A stretch of 64,000 nt of DNA from Sulfurovum sp. (GTDB lineage: Bacteria; Campylobacterota; Campylobacteria; Campylobacterales; Sulfurovaceae): assembly GCA_028684885.1 (NCBI GenBank), contig JAQUFB010000001.1:14554-78553 (forward strand), given 5' to 3'. Positions within the stretch are counted from its first letter, which is position 1, and every line of letters begins with the position of its first letter. The position numbers and the translations under genes were made by a program. Shown here piece after piece: positions 17,666-26,819 of the stretch. Below the pieces are notes generated by a model. That model ran no database searches, was not told the origin of the DNA, and worked only from the letters and a program-made list of their open reading frames with translations.

Positions 17666-20600
17666 TTATATATTTTTTGTATAGTTGCAACCTGGATATC
17701 TTTCACACCCTAGAAATTCACCATATTGCCCATTTCTTTTTATAAGATGCCCATTGCATGTTGGGCATAATGTTGACTCAAAATCACACTCTTTATTTAT
17801 ACATTTTGCAACTCTATTTTCTAAATCCTTTTTGACTTCACTTTCACATTGAGGGCAGTAATGTATATTTTCAGTGTATTTACATCTTGGATAATTACTA
17901 CAACCATAAAAATGTTTTGACCTATCTTCATGTGTTGTATTTTTCTTAAGAATTCCTGTTTTACACTCTGGACAATGTATCATCTCTACACCAGCATCAT
18001 TCATAAAGTAAATTTCATCTTTATAGTTTTTGATTAGCTCTTCTGCAAATGATGATTTTTCATATTGATTACTAAGTAAAAACAGAGGTCCTTTTGTTCT
18101 TGTGAGTGCTACATAAAAAAGTCTTCGCTCTTCCGCATCTTCGTATTCATCTCCAGATGGCATTACAATATCTAAAATCGGATCATCCACAATTTTTGAT
18201 GGGAATCCAAACTTACCATGATCTAAACCAACAACAATTACGTAGTCGGCTTCATTTCCTTTTGAGCCATGAACTGATGATTTTTTTATAGTTAATGTCG
18301 GAAAATATCTAAAGGTTAAATCCTTCAATAAAAAATTATATCGAGCCAAAATCCTTACTTCTTTATGATTTTTTCCTTCTTTTCTTACAATTTTATTTAA
18401 GACACTTTCAATATCTTTTTTATTGTCTCCTGTTGACCAGTACAACATAATACTAAACTTATTTTGTTCTTGAGTCTTGATTGTTTTAATCTCTTTTTGT
18501 AGTTGATTTGGATTTTTTTGTATAAAGTCAGATGCAACACTTGAGACAATATTGTCAAATCTAAATGTATAATCCAAAGCTACAATTTGTGAGACACCAA
18601 ATGTTTTTTCAAAATCTTGAATGATTTTAATATTACTTCCTGCAAATCTGTTGATTGATTGCCAATCATCTCCAACTGCTGTAATAGAAGTGTTATTTAT
18701 AGGCAAGAGTGATTTTATAAGCATAGCCCTTGTTGTAGAGATATCTTGAAACTCATCAATAAATATATGTTTAAAACCATGTCTATACTTGCCTTTTTCT
18801 ATATTGTTCAAAGCTTCTACAATCATATCATCAAAATCTATACAATTATTTCTTTGTTGATATTCTTGATACTCTTTAAAAATAAATTCAAACAATCTAA
18901 TAAACAGACTTGATCGCTCAACATCTTTTGATTTTTCTTTAATGTCTTCTAATGTATGCCTATTTGATTTAAAGTGACTCAAAAAAGTTGTAAATAGCTT
19001 TGTAAACTCACTATCTTCAATCGGATCTTTTAAAATCTCATACAATTCTGCTTCAGTAGGTTCTCTAAAATGCACATTATGGGCGTGCAGCTTCTGTTTT
19101 AGTAGTTGCAGTCCTCTATCTTCTGAAAACTCATAGCTAAATGTTTCGATGAGTGTAGTTTGATTTTTATTGTGTAGCTCTCTTTTCCATTCCATACCAT
19201 CTAAGTATTTATCTCTATCTATATATGGAGCAGTGTTTCCTTGTCTGTCTATGCCAAAGTGTTCGATGTATATCCCATAATCGGGTAAATAAAAATCTGG
19301 CTTATATTGTCTTTTCTCACGAGTCCAAGTTTGTATCTCATAAGGCTCTTCGTATAAATATCTTATCCCATTAAGCGTGAAAAAATTTGCTATCAATAAC
19401 TCTTGATAACTTTTTACAGTCTCTTTTTGAAATGTTATAAGATTTTCTCCGTCTGTTTCACCCCATCTTTCAACTTCATGTTTAAGAGTTTTCATATCAA
19501 AATCTTTTTGATAATCATAATATTCGCCAAGACTATTAAACTCCGACTCATTTTTATATGGAATACTAAAATAAGCTATATATTGAGTGAACTCTTTTAA
19601 AAATGTTCCCATTGAAGTAAGTAGTTTAAAGATACTATCTTTGATAAATTTGTTCATATTCTTTGGAGATTCAGACATAGGACATATATTAAATCTTCTA
19701 GCCATTGATTGGGCTATGATGTCTAATCCATAAGCATGAAAGGTATTGATTTGTAATCCAGAAGAGTGAGTGGTATTGTTTTTAACAGGGATGCCTTTTT
19801 CCTCAAATCTCTCTTGCAACTCCTCTTTAGCATTCCTGTTAAATGCCAATATAAGAATTTCATTTGGATGTAAAATATTTTTTTTTAATTAAATAGCTTA
19901 CTTTTGCTACAACAACACTTGTTTTTCCAGAACCTGCACCTGCCAAGATTAAGTTGTTGTTTTCATTCACAAGCACCGCTTCTTTTTGTTTTTCTGTCAA
20001 TGGTTGTGATTCAACTGTATCGAAAAAATCTTTTTCACGAACCATCTCATTTTTTATAAAGGCACTATTTTTATTTTTCACCCATATTACATCATCGCTA
20101 TAAAATGATATTATCTCTGTGAGAAAGCTTTTTATTTTACTGTGAGTTAAAAACTCATCTTTATTTTTAAGGATACTATTCAGTTCATTTTTTAACTTGT
20201 TTCTTGTATAGTCATTGATGTATTGATTTTTAGATAGTTTGAGGACTTTGGTTTGAAAGCTTGTAAGTGTATTTTTAAATAGTTCAAGCTTCTTATCAAA
20301 ACTATTCTCAAGTATGGAAATCTCATTTTTAAGCTGTTTAATTTTTTGAATAATACGTTTTTGTTCAATCTCTTCATACTCAATCTCTTTTTGTATCTTT
20401 ACAATATTTTGTTCTCTAGTCGATAAAGTGTCTTTTAGTTTGTTCTTCTCATTATTTAAAGTTTCTAAGTGAGATAAGTATTCTTTTTTGTAGTTTTTTA
20501 TACCAAGGCTTAACCATAGTATAAGTAGTTGCAAAAAAGTAGGTTTAAAGCTTGTTGGTAATTGATCTATCGTCTGTGTATATTTAGCTATTTCCAAAGC

Positions 20601-20738
20601 CGTAGTTTTGTTTTGCTGCTTGATTGAAGTAATGTCTGCTTTTAAAGTTATAATTTTTTTAACTTTTTTATTGTAGGCATCTTCGTATTCTTTCTTTTGA
20701 TCTATTGTTATTTTAATTTGTTTTGCTAATTGTCTCAA
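17666..20738 (-). pseudogene. UvrD/HelD (helicase IV-like) helicase with inserted nuclease-like domain and C4 zinc ribbons, split by a frameshift
   Basis: Upstream ORF ends just after Walker A AGAGSGKT; downstream ORF has ILAFN, TFHAYG, IDEFQD, VGDDWQSI, HGSKGNE, EERRLFYVALTR and C-terminal CPECK/CPQC/CPTC ribbons; the junction is an A9 tract. Confidence 0.82.
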
Positions 20739-20904
20739 ACTTTATATCCACATTTTTTGGTGTGTTAATTATGCCTACTCAACTATAAAGTCAAGATAAA
20801 TATCAGCCGCGTTGAAAAGTTTTGACTTGAAATATATTGTGAATGCTATCAAATAGATGATACTTGATATAGGTTTTTCAGAAATGAAAAGCTATAATAA
20901 TAGC

Positions 20905-21049
20905 GGTTCAATAATATAAATTTTTAAGCAACTGTTCCGGTTGTCTTCTAGCATGGGATACAGTTTATTCCCACAAATTTTAAGGATTTCCCTTACCGTA
21001 TCCACCTTTGTTCTTTTGTGTAGTGGACGTTTTGAATATTTATTGAGCC
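20905..21049 (+). ncRNA. Candidate retron msr-msd non-coding RNA
   Basis: TATAAT at 20893-20898; terminal inverted repeat GGTTCAATAA (20905-20914) / TTATTGAGCC (21040-21049); internal stems at 20930-20966, 20981-20995 and 21001-21027; directly upstream of the RT. Confidence 0.55.
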
Positions 21050-21140
21050 AATACTAAAAAATGATGTGCTAACACTTATTCAGACAAGGGAGATTAAAGA
21101 TTCCCAGTTAAAATAAAGAATATGTGAGGGGAAGTTTTAA

Positions 21141-22142
21141 TTGAACGACGAATTGATACATTACTATTTTGATAATGAAAAACTCATTATGTACTCACTG
21201 TATGAAGTCTATAAAAAAAATGGATATGTAAGCAAAAAAATCACTAAAAAAAATGGTAGTCCAAGAGAGCTTTTAATACCGCCCAGCAATTTAAAGTCTC
21301 TACAGAATAAAATGCTTGATATACTCCAAAAGTACTATTTTGCCAGTGGGGCAGTTCACAGTTTTATAAAGAGCAGAGGTCAAGATAGAAGAAATATAAT
21401 CACCAATGCCTCACAACATACAGAAAAATATGTAGTGATAAGTGTTGATATAGAGAACTTTTTTGATTCAATAAACTTTGGGAGGGTTAGAGGATTCTTT
21501 CTTTCCTACCCATTCAGGATGCCCGAAAAAATTGCAACTTGCTTTGCTCAGATGACAACATATAAAAACAAACTACCCCAAGGTGCACCAACATCACCAA
21601 TTATTTCAAATTTCATATGCCATGGAATAGATAATGAGTTGAACAAATTAGCTAAAAAAGATAACCTTAGCTACACAAGGTACGCAGATGATATTGTAGT
21701 TTCATCTAAAAAAAAGCTGGATAATTACGAAATTGGATCAATAACCAATAAGATCATTAAAATCATTGAAACCAATGGTTTCAAAGTAAATGAGAAAAAA
21801 ACAAGAGTTCAATTTGCAAACCAAAAACAGATAGTGACTGGTCTTGTGGTTAACAAAAAAGTGAATGTTAAAAAAAGGTATATGAAGCAGATACGAAGTA
21901 TGTTGCACTCTTGGAAAACAAACGGAATAGATCAAGCTGCCGATAAGCATTTTACCTTATATAACAAACAACCAAAATACCATGAAGACAGAGCCGCAAG
22001 TTTCCGAGCAATTGTCAAAGGGAAAATTAACTTTTTAGGACAGGTCAAAGGGTATGAAAACCATCAGTATCTCAAATGCAAAGAACTGTTTATGCTGTTA
22101 GATTCGCAGTTTACTCAAAGTAAAAAGTTTAAAACTTTATGA
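21141..22142 (+). CDS. Retron-type reverse transcriptase (Ec67-like core, no C-terminal effector fusion)
   Basis: KKNGSPR, region X NASQH, DIENFFDSINFGRVRG, LPQGAPTSP, YADD, region Y VTGLVVN; TTG start with SD GAGGGG. Confidence 0.88.
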   Translation: MNDELIHYYFDNEKLIMYSLYEVYKKNGYVSKKITKKNGSPRELLIPPSNLKSLQNKMLDILQKYYFASGAVHSFIKSRGQDRRNIITNASQHTEKYVVISVDIENFFDSINFGRVRGFFLSYPFRMPEKIATCFAQMTTYKNKLPQGAPTSPIISNFICHGIDNELNKLAKKDNLSYTRYADDIVVSSKKKLDNYEIGSITNKIIKIIETNGFKVNEKKTRVQFANQKQIVTGLVVNKKVNVKKRYMKQIRSMLHSWKTNGIDQAADKHFTLYNKQPKYHEDRAASFRAIVKGKINFLGQVKGYENHQYLKCKELFMLLDSQFTQSKKFKTL

Positions 22143-22171
22143 CATAATATGTCCATCCAATAAGATATACT
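22141..22171 (+). promoter_or_regulatory. GACA-N5-TGTC-N12-TATACT promoter of the WYL gene, overlapping the RT stop codon
   Basis: GACAtaataTGTC at 22141-22153; TATACT at 22166-22171. Confidence 0.72.
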
Positions 22172-22203
22172 TACCACATACCAATTTATATACGAGGTAC
22201 ACA

Positions 22204-23160
22204 ATGACCAATCAAACTGCCCGTGTTTTAGAGCTTCTGAAACGATTTAACAATGGTAGGAAAGTCTGTATCGGCCAGTTGCAGAACGAAATCCTATGGG
22301 AGGGAAAAAGTGAAAAGACGATACGCCGTGACCTCGATGTGATCAAGCTGGTGTTTCCTAAATCCTTTGAGCTTATCCGTGGAGAGAAAGGATGCTACAA
22401 AGCCATCACTCACAAAGCCTTCAAGAACTTCATGAACGAACGCAACATCTCTCTCTTTGTCCAGACATTCAACATCGCACAACGAAGCAACCTCTTTGAG
22501 AGCTTTGACATCGATGCTTCTGATAAAGCGATACTCGAAGCAAAGTCCAAAGAGTACAAAAACCTCTATAACTTCAAAACCAGTCCCTTTGAGAACAAAG
22601 AAGCAGAATACGAACTCCTCAAGAAGATTGAACATGCCATCTACCACAACAAAGTAGTCTATCTCAACTACAAGGTAGAGAATGAGGTGCAGCAGTTTGA
22701 AGTGAAGCCCTACAAGATCGTATTTATGGAGGGGAACTTCTATCTTGCTTGTGAAGTGATCGATCAGGTGTTTCTTTTTAGCCCTTTTAGGATCACCAAC
22801 ATCCAAGAGATTATCTATACAAGTAGAACATTTCACCCAAACCCTGAAGTCAAAGACTTCATCAAGCACATGCAGACCCCTGTAGCCCGATACAGCCCAA
22901 GATTTAGAGAAAATATGATAAAAGTGATTCTTGAAGTCAATAGTCATAAAGCACGCTACTTCAAAACAAATAAGTTTTTTCCTTCACAAGAGACTCTTGA
23001 AGAGCTTGACAATGGCAACCTTAGACTATGCTACACTGTGACCAGAGAACTTGAAGTGATTGATTTTATCAAACAGTGGATACCTCATATCAAGATCATA
23101 GAACCTTTGTCTTTAAAAGAAAAAATCGAAAAACAGTTAGCGGAGTATCTTGGGTTATAA
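22204..23160 (+). CDS. HTH-WYL-WCX transcriptional regulator
   Basis: SEKTIRRDL helix-turn-helix; VKPYKIVFMEGNFYL and FRITNI WYL motifs; WIPHIKIIEP.SL WCX tail. Confidence 0.88.
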   Translation: MTNQTARVLELLKRFNNGRKVCIGQLQNEILWEGKSEKTIRRDLDVIKLVFPKSFELIRGEKGCYKAITHKAFKNFMNERNISLFVQTFNIAQRSNLFESFDIDASDKAILEAKSKEYKNLYNFKTSPFENKEAEYELLKKIEHAIYHNKVVYLNYKVENEVQQFEVKPYKIVFMEGNFYLACEVIDQVFLFSPFRITNIQEIIYTSRTFHPNPEVKDFIKHMQTPVARYSPRFRENMIKVILEVNSHKARYFKTNKFFPSQETLEELDNGNLRLCYTVTRELEVIDFIKQWIPHIKIIEPLSLKEKIEKQLAEYLGL

Positions 23161-23383
23161 TGGTGCAGTATAATAAAATGCAAATAGTATATTTAAACAG
23201 GAATGATGATGGGATTTTTTAGTAAAAATAAAAGAGGAAAAACGTGTTTCACGATTAGTAGAAGAACAACTATATGATATTGTTATTATCCGAACCATAG
23301 AAAACTATATCAGAGTGAAATTCAAAGATGGATGGTCTCCCTGTCAACCACGGTGTTTGAGGTTACTTTTCGTAATACTAACT

Positions 23384-23950
23384 TTACGAAAAACTGCCTA
23401 ATTTATCTCCGCGGTTGACACTATGAAGTACTTCGGTGCAAAGATGACCTCTGAAGGCTCTTTTTGCCTCTTTGAGCAGTCGTTTCTCTGCTTCTGCTCT
23501 ATGGTGCATCGTAGAAGTGCTATACCCTTGCTCTTGTAGATTGCCACTTAGATCGATAGACAAGGTACAGAGCGAATGGTAAGTATAGTTAATCTCACCG
23601 CTTGAGATATCTATGCTCTCAGGTATCTTCAGACCATACAGTACAGTGATGCAAGAGAAGGATGAACGCAGATGAAAAGAGGGTTCGATATAGTTAGCAC
23701 CATAAGAGAAATGACCATACTCAAAGAAATCCTCTATCTCATAAGTCTCTGGCTTAGAGAATCTGGTATTACCACAGTTATCGCACCGGGTATCGAGCAT
23801 ATAGAGGTCATCATCTGAGATATAGGTGATCTCATCACAACTGCAAAGATACGCATGCATTGTATAGCCTAACGACATAGGTGCATCACCCAGAGATACA
23901 GGAAGTCTCCATGCTCTTTGTACAGTGTGCTCCTTTGGATAGTTGTGCAT
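23384..23950 (-). CDS. Hypothetical Zn-finger protein, possibly truncated
   Basis: ATG at 23950 with SD AAGGAGG; CSC and CDNCG motifs. Confidence 0.6.
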   Translation of the reverse strand: MHNYPKEHTVQRAWRLPVSLGDAPMSLGYTMHAYLCSCDEITYISDDDLYMLDTRCDNCGNTRFSKPETYEIEDFFEYGHFSYGANYIEPSFHLRSSFSCITVLYGLKIPESIDISSGEINYTYHSLCTLSIDLSGNLQEQGYSTSTMHHRAEAEKRLLKEAKRAFRGHLCTEVLHSVNRGDKLGSFS

Positions 23951-23974
23951 GGTTGCCTCCTTACGCTTTTGAAA

Positions 23975-24005
23975 AGTATAGTATTCCAATTAGACAGACT
24001 ATGTC
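23975..24005 (-). promoter_or_regulatory. GACA-N5-TGTC-N12-TATACT promoter of the 23950 gene
   Basis: GACAgactaTGTC at 23993-24005; minus-strand TATACT at 23980-23975. Confidence 0.7.
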
Positions 24006-24103
24006 TATTTTCCTATGGATCGTGCAGATCTGATTGCTGGAGTGTTTTTCTTGATCATTCAAACAAAATAGTTTTTTATAGACAAAATATGACAATTTAA
24101 TGT

Positions 24104-24400
24104 AATAATGGCTCTGAATTTGCTGCTTACGAAGAGATGGAAAATGAGTTGGGAATAGACTTCTATTTCTGTGATCCTTATAGCTCTTGGCAACGGGGGC
24201 TCAACGAACATACTAATGGGCTTATTAGACAATATTTGCCTAAAAAAACTGATTTTACTAAGATAGACTATAAGACCATCAAAATGATTCAGAATAGATT
24301 AAACAACAGACCAAGAAAAGCTCTTGGCTTCAAAACACCTAAAGAGGCTCTACTCGAAGAAGTGGCTTAGAAAATATTGCACTTGTTTCTTGAAGTTACA
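24104..24400 (+). mobile_element. IS30-family transposase 3' remnant with right end
   Basis: NGSEFA, YFCDPYSSWQRGLNEHTNGLIRQYLPK, LNNRPRKALGFKTP; end TTGCACTT...TGAAGTTACA at 24377-24400. Confidence 0.85.
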
Positions 24401-24581
24401 CTCTAACGAGACTTCCATTGCTCAATCGATGATACTTTCAGATCAATCTTATCTGCACTACTTCGGCTAAAGCCTCCGTAGATGCAGAAATCGATCTTCA
24501 GACCATCTCTTCACAAGCGACTTGGAGAGGAAGAGGAAAAGGATGCTCAGCTTACACTTCGCATCATATGGAAGACACTAT

Positions 24582-25037
24582 TTATTTTATAAACTTTTTA
24601 GTATACAATGCAAATAAGATAGTTGCTACAATTAAGCCAATAACTATAGATCCTATCACACATAAAGGTTCAGGTATACTACAAACAAATGTTCGGATGT
24701 AAGGTACACCACCCGTTCCTGAAGGGGTTACTTCTTCTGAAAATATTTCTTTAGATAATAATTCATATGAACCTGCTGCTGCAAAAAGACCACCAACTCC
24801 AGATACTCCTAGTCTAGCAACTTTATTAAGAAAGCCAACAGCCTTTTGAACAGATTTACTTTCAGTTACTGTTTGCACTACATTATCAATAGTATTACCT
24901 TTATCAATTTTATGCGTAACTATTGTCTTCTCTTTAATGGCACCTTCATCTGTATTATGTTCAATAGTTTTTTCTAAAGAAACTGTGTCTACTGAACTTT
25001 TTTTATTTTTTAATTCTGACTCAATAAGATCGCTCAA
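24582..25037 (-). CDS. Hypothetical two-helix membrane protein
   Basis: 151-aa ORF, SD AAGGAG, two hydrophobic segments. Confidence 0.65.
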   Translation of the reverse strand: MSDLIESELKNKKSSVDTVSLEKTIEHNTDEGAIKEKTIVTHKIDKGNTIDNVVQTVTESKSVQKAVGFLNKVARLGVSGVGGLFAAAGSYELLSKEIFSEEVTPSGTGGVPYIRTFVCSIPEPLCVIGSIVIGLIVATILFALYTKKFIK

Positions 25038-25351
25038 ATTATCTCCTTTATCTATATTATGAAATCATACACTTTTTATATAGTCAATCAACTGTAATAT
25101 AAAGCTCAATAAAAGATAATAAAACTACTAAAGGATGCGGGTTACCATCCAATTCATATAGCAAATCTACCTCATTGGCAATACGTGCATAACTACCATT
25201 TGTACCCACACTTCATCCGATACCCCGCCCCACATACTTCAAGAGTCACTAATCTATCCCCACTTTTTCAAGTCACCATAGACACTTCAGTAGTTCCAGT
25301 TTCTTGTTTTAATGATGTGGGCTTTAGCTCAATACATATAAAGGAGTAATC

Positions 25352-25888
25352 ATGCTACAAGTATATCTGACAGACCTACAGAGCTACAATGAAGGCGATC
25401 TTGTCGGCAGATGGATTCAGCTACCTGATGAGCCATCAAACATCTCACAAGCTATCTCAGAAGTCTTAGCAGAGGGAGAATCTACCAGTGGTAGCTCACA
25501 CCACGAAGAGTACTTCATCACAGACTATGAGTGGGTAGATATATCGCTGTTCAAAGTTGAAGAGTATAGTAATATCTTTGAGCTAAATTCAGCCATACAA
25601 GCCCTTGAAAGCTTGGAGGTATACCAACATAAGGCTTTAGCTTTTTTGATGTCTGAAGGGCTTGCTGGTGATATCTATGATGCTGTCGAAAAGGTAGATG
25701 ATGTAGTGATACATGAAAACCAAAGTATGGTAGATATTGCCTACTCTCTTATCGAAGAATGCTATAGCTTGGATAAAGTTCCTGATCTGATTGCTAACCA
25801 CATCGACTATGAAGGTATAGCTATAGATTTAATGCTTGAGGGTAATTACTATCATGTCGATAATGATGTGTATGAGTATATCAGCTAA
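25352..25888 (+). CDS. ardA: Antirestriction protein ArdA (DNA mimic)
   Basis: VYLTDLQSYNEGDLVGRW, EEYFITDYE and IDYEGIA.DL motifs; highly acidic. Confidence 0.88.
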   Translation: MLQVYLTDLQSYNEGDLVGRWIQLPDEPSNISQAISEVLAEGESTSGSSHHEEYFITDYEWVDISLFKVEEYSNIFELNSAIQALESLEVYQHKALAFLMSEGLAGDIYDAVEKVDDVVIHENQSMVDIAYSLIEECYSLDKVPDLIANHIDYEGIAIDLMLEGNYYHVDNDVYEYIS

Positions 25889-25913
25889 GGTTATCTCTCA
25901 TAGTTTTCATATA

Positions 25914-26357
25914 TCAGGAGTCCTGATCAAAGGTAAGCTCTGATGCACTAATTAGATATGATCGACTCTCACAATTTGGTGATTCACGCAGTTTTAGAAC
26001 CATTTCTTTGAGAGAGTTTTTCTGCTCATCAAGTAAAACATGAGCCAGTAGATCATTGGCAACCTCTAACCTATAGTACTCTACCTCTATGAGTTCCAGT
26101 AAATCAATAGCACTCTGCATATCTTCTTTAGCCATGCTCTTGACTATTGCAATCGATAAATCGATAGCTATACCAGGTAGATAACCTACTTCCTCATAGA
26201 GATGTTCAGCTTCACGGTAGAGTTTCAATGCCTCATAAGGATCTTCTTCTACGATCTCAAGACCATACTCTACAAGTGCCAACTGCTGATCCTCTACAGC
26301 CCTTTGGTAGCATTTGGGGTAGTCAAGTATATGAGGTTCTTCTATCTCTTCTTCCAT
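25914..26357 (-). CDS. Acidic hypothetical protein
   Basis: 147-aa E/D-rich ORF. Confidence 0.55.
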   Translation of the reverse strand: MEEEIEEPHILDYPKCYQRAVEDQQLALVEYGLEIVEEDPYEALKLYREAEHLYEEVGYLPGIAIDLSIAIVKSMAKEDMQSAIDLLELIEVEYYRLEVANDLLAHVLLDEQKNSLKEMVLKLRESPNCESRSYLISASELTFDQDS

Positions 26358-26518
26358 TAAACAATTCCATATTTATTTTTACTTCCTACTAGGGGGTGTA
26401 GTTTATTATAGCAGACAATCATTCATCTATTGACTTCTCTAATTTTTTGGTTTTCGTATCAAGCCAAGGTCTTGGGGAGGGGGTGAACGTGATAGTATCA
26501 CTTCCTTATCCTCTGAGA

Positions 26519-26764
26519 ACGGATACAAGAGTGCCAACCCGCTCTTTATACACCCCAAGAGACGGCAAATTTGCCGGACAAACTGGCTATGGCTACCGAA
26601 GCATAGAGACTTTTGTACTTTCAGCAGATGCGCTGGTTACAGAGCCTGCAAAACTTACTGAATTCATTCAAGAACTGCCTACGATAGAAAATACCCTGAA
26701 TGTCACAAAGATACTGGAAGCCGGGCGGAAGAGCCTGGATGAGGGGAGAGTGATAGTCTTGTAA
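26519..26764 (+). pseudogene. Displaced 3' fragment of the GaaA-like reductase (right direct repeat)
   Basis: YTPRDGKFAGQTGYGYRSIETFV...LPTIENTLNVTKILEAGRKSLDEGRVI; 5-nt deletion (TGAAG) relative to the left copy. Confidence 0.88.
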
Positions 26765-26782
26765 GGAGGTACACTCTTCTCT

Positions 26783-26811
26783 GGTTCCACATTTCCCAAT
26801 GTGGAATCCGT
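26783..26811. repeat. REP-like hairpin
   Basis: GG-TTCCACATT-tccc-AATGTGGAA-TCC; same family as 10158 and 28453. Confidence 0.5.
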
Positions 26812-26819
26812 ATCTAAAT

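Larger units (their letters stand above)
13999..26518. mobile_element. Decayed AT-rich genomic island inserted at the 3' end of the reductase gene
   Basis: Flanking gene-end duplication, visibly lower GC, mobile/defence cargo (ssb remnant, ardA, retron RT, WYL, IS30 remnant); no integrase seen. Confidence 0.75.

Noticed and set aside
18545-18556. GACA-atat-TGTC as another WYL box
   Set aside because: Spacer is 4 nt rather than 5 and it lies inside the helicase coding region
21141-22142. RT as a group II intron, DGR or CRISPR-associated RT
   Set aside because: No maturase or endonuclease extension, no TR/VR repeat pair, no cas1 or array; NAxxH and VTG motifs point to a retron
23203-23300. 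Short MMMGFFSK... ORF after the WYL gene
   Set aside because: Looks like a frameshifted remnant; too short to assign
24081-24093. GACAaaataTGAC as a fifth complete promoter
   Set aside because: One mismatch and no -10 hexamer at the 12-nt spacing on either strand; kept only as a possible relic
26447-26764. 105-aa ORF as a real gene
   Set aside because: It is the displaced reductase 3' fragment joined to non-coding sequence through a 5-nt deletion
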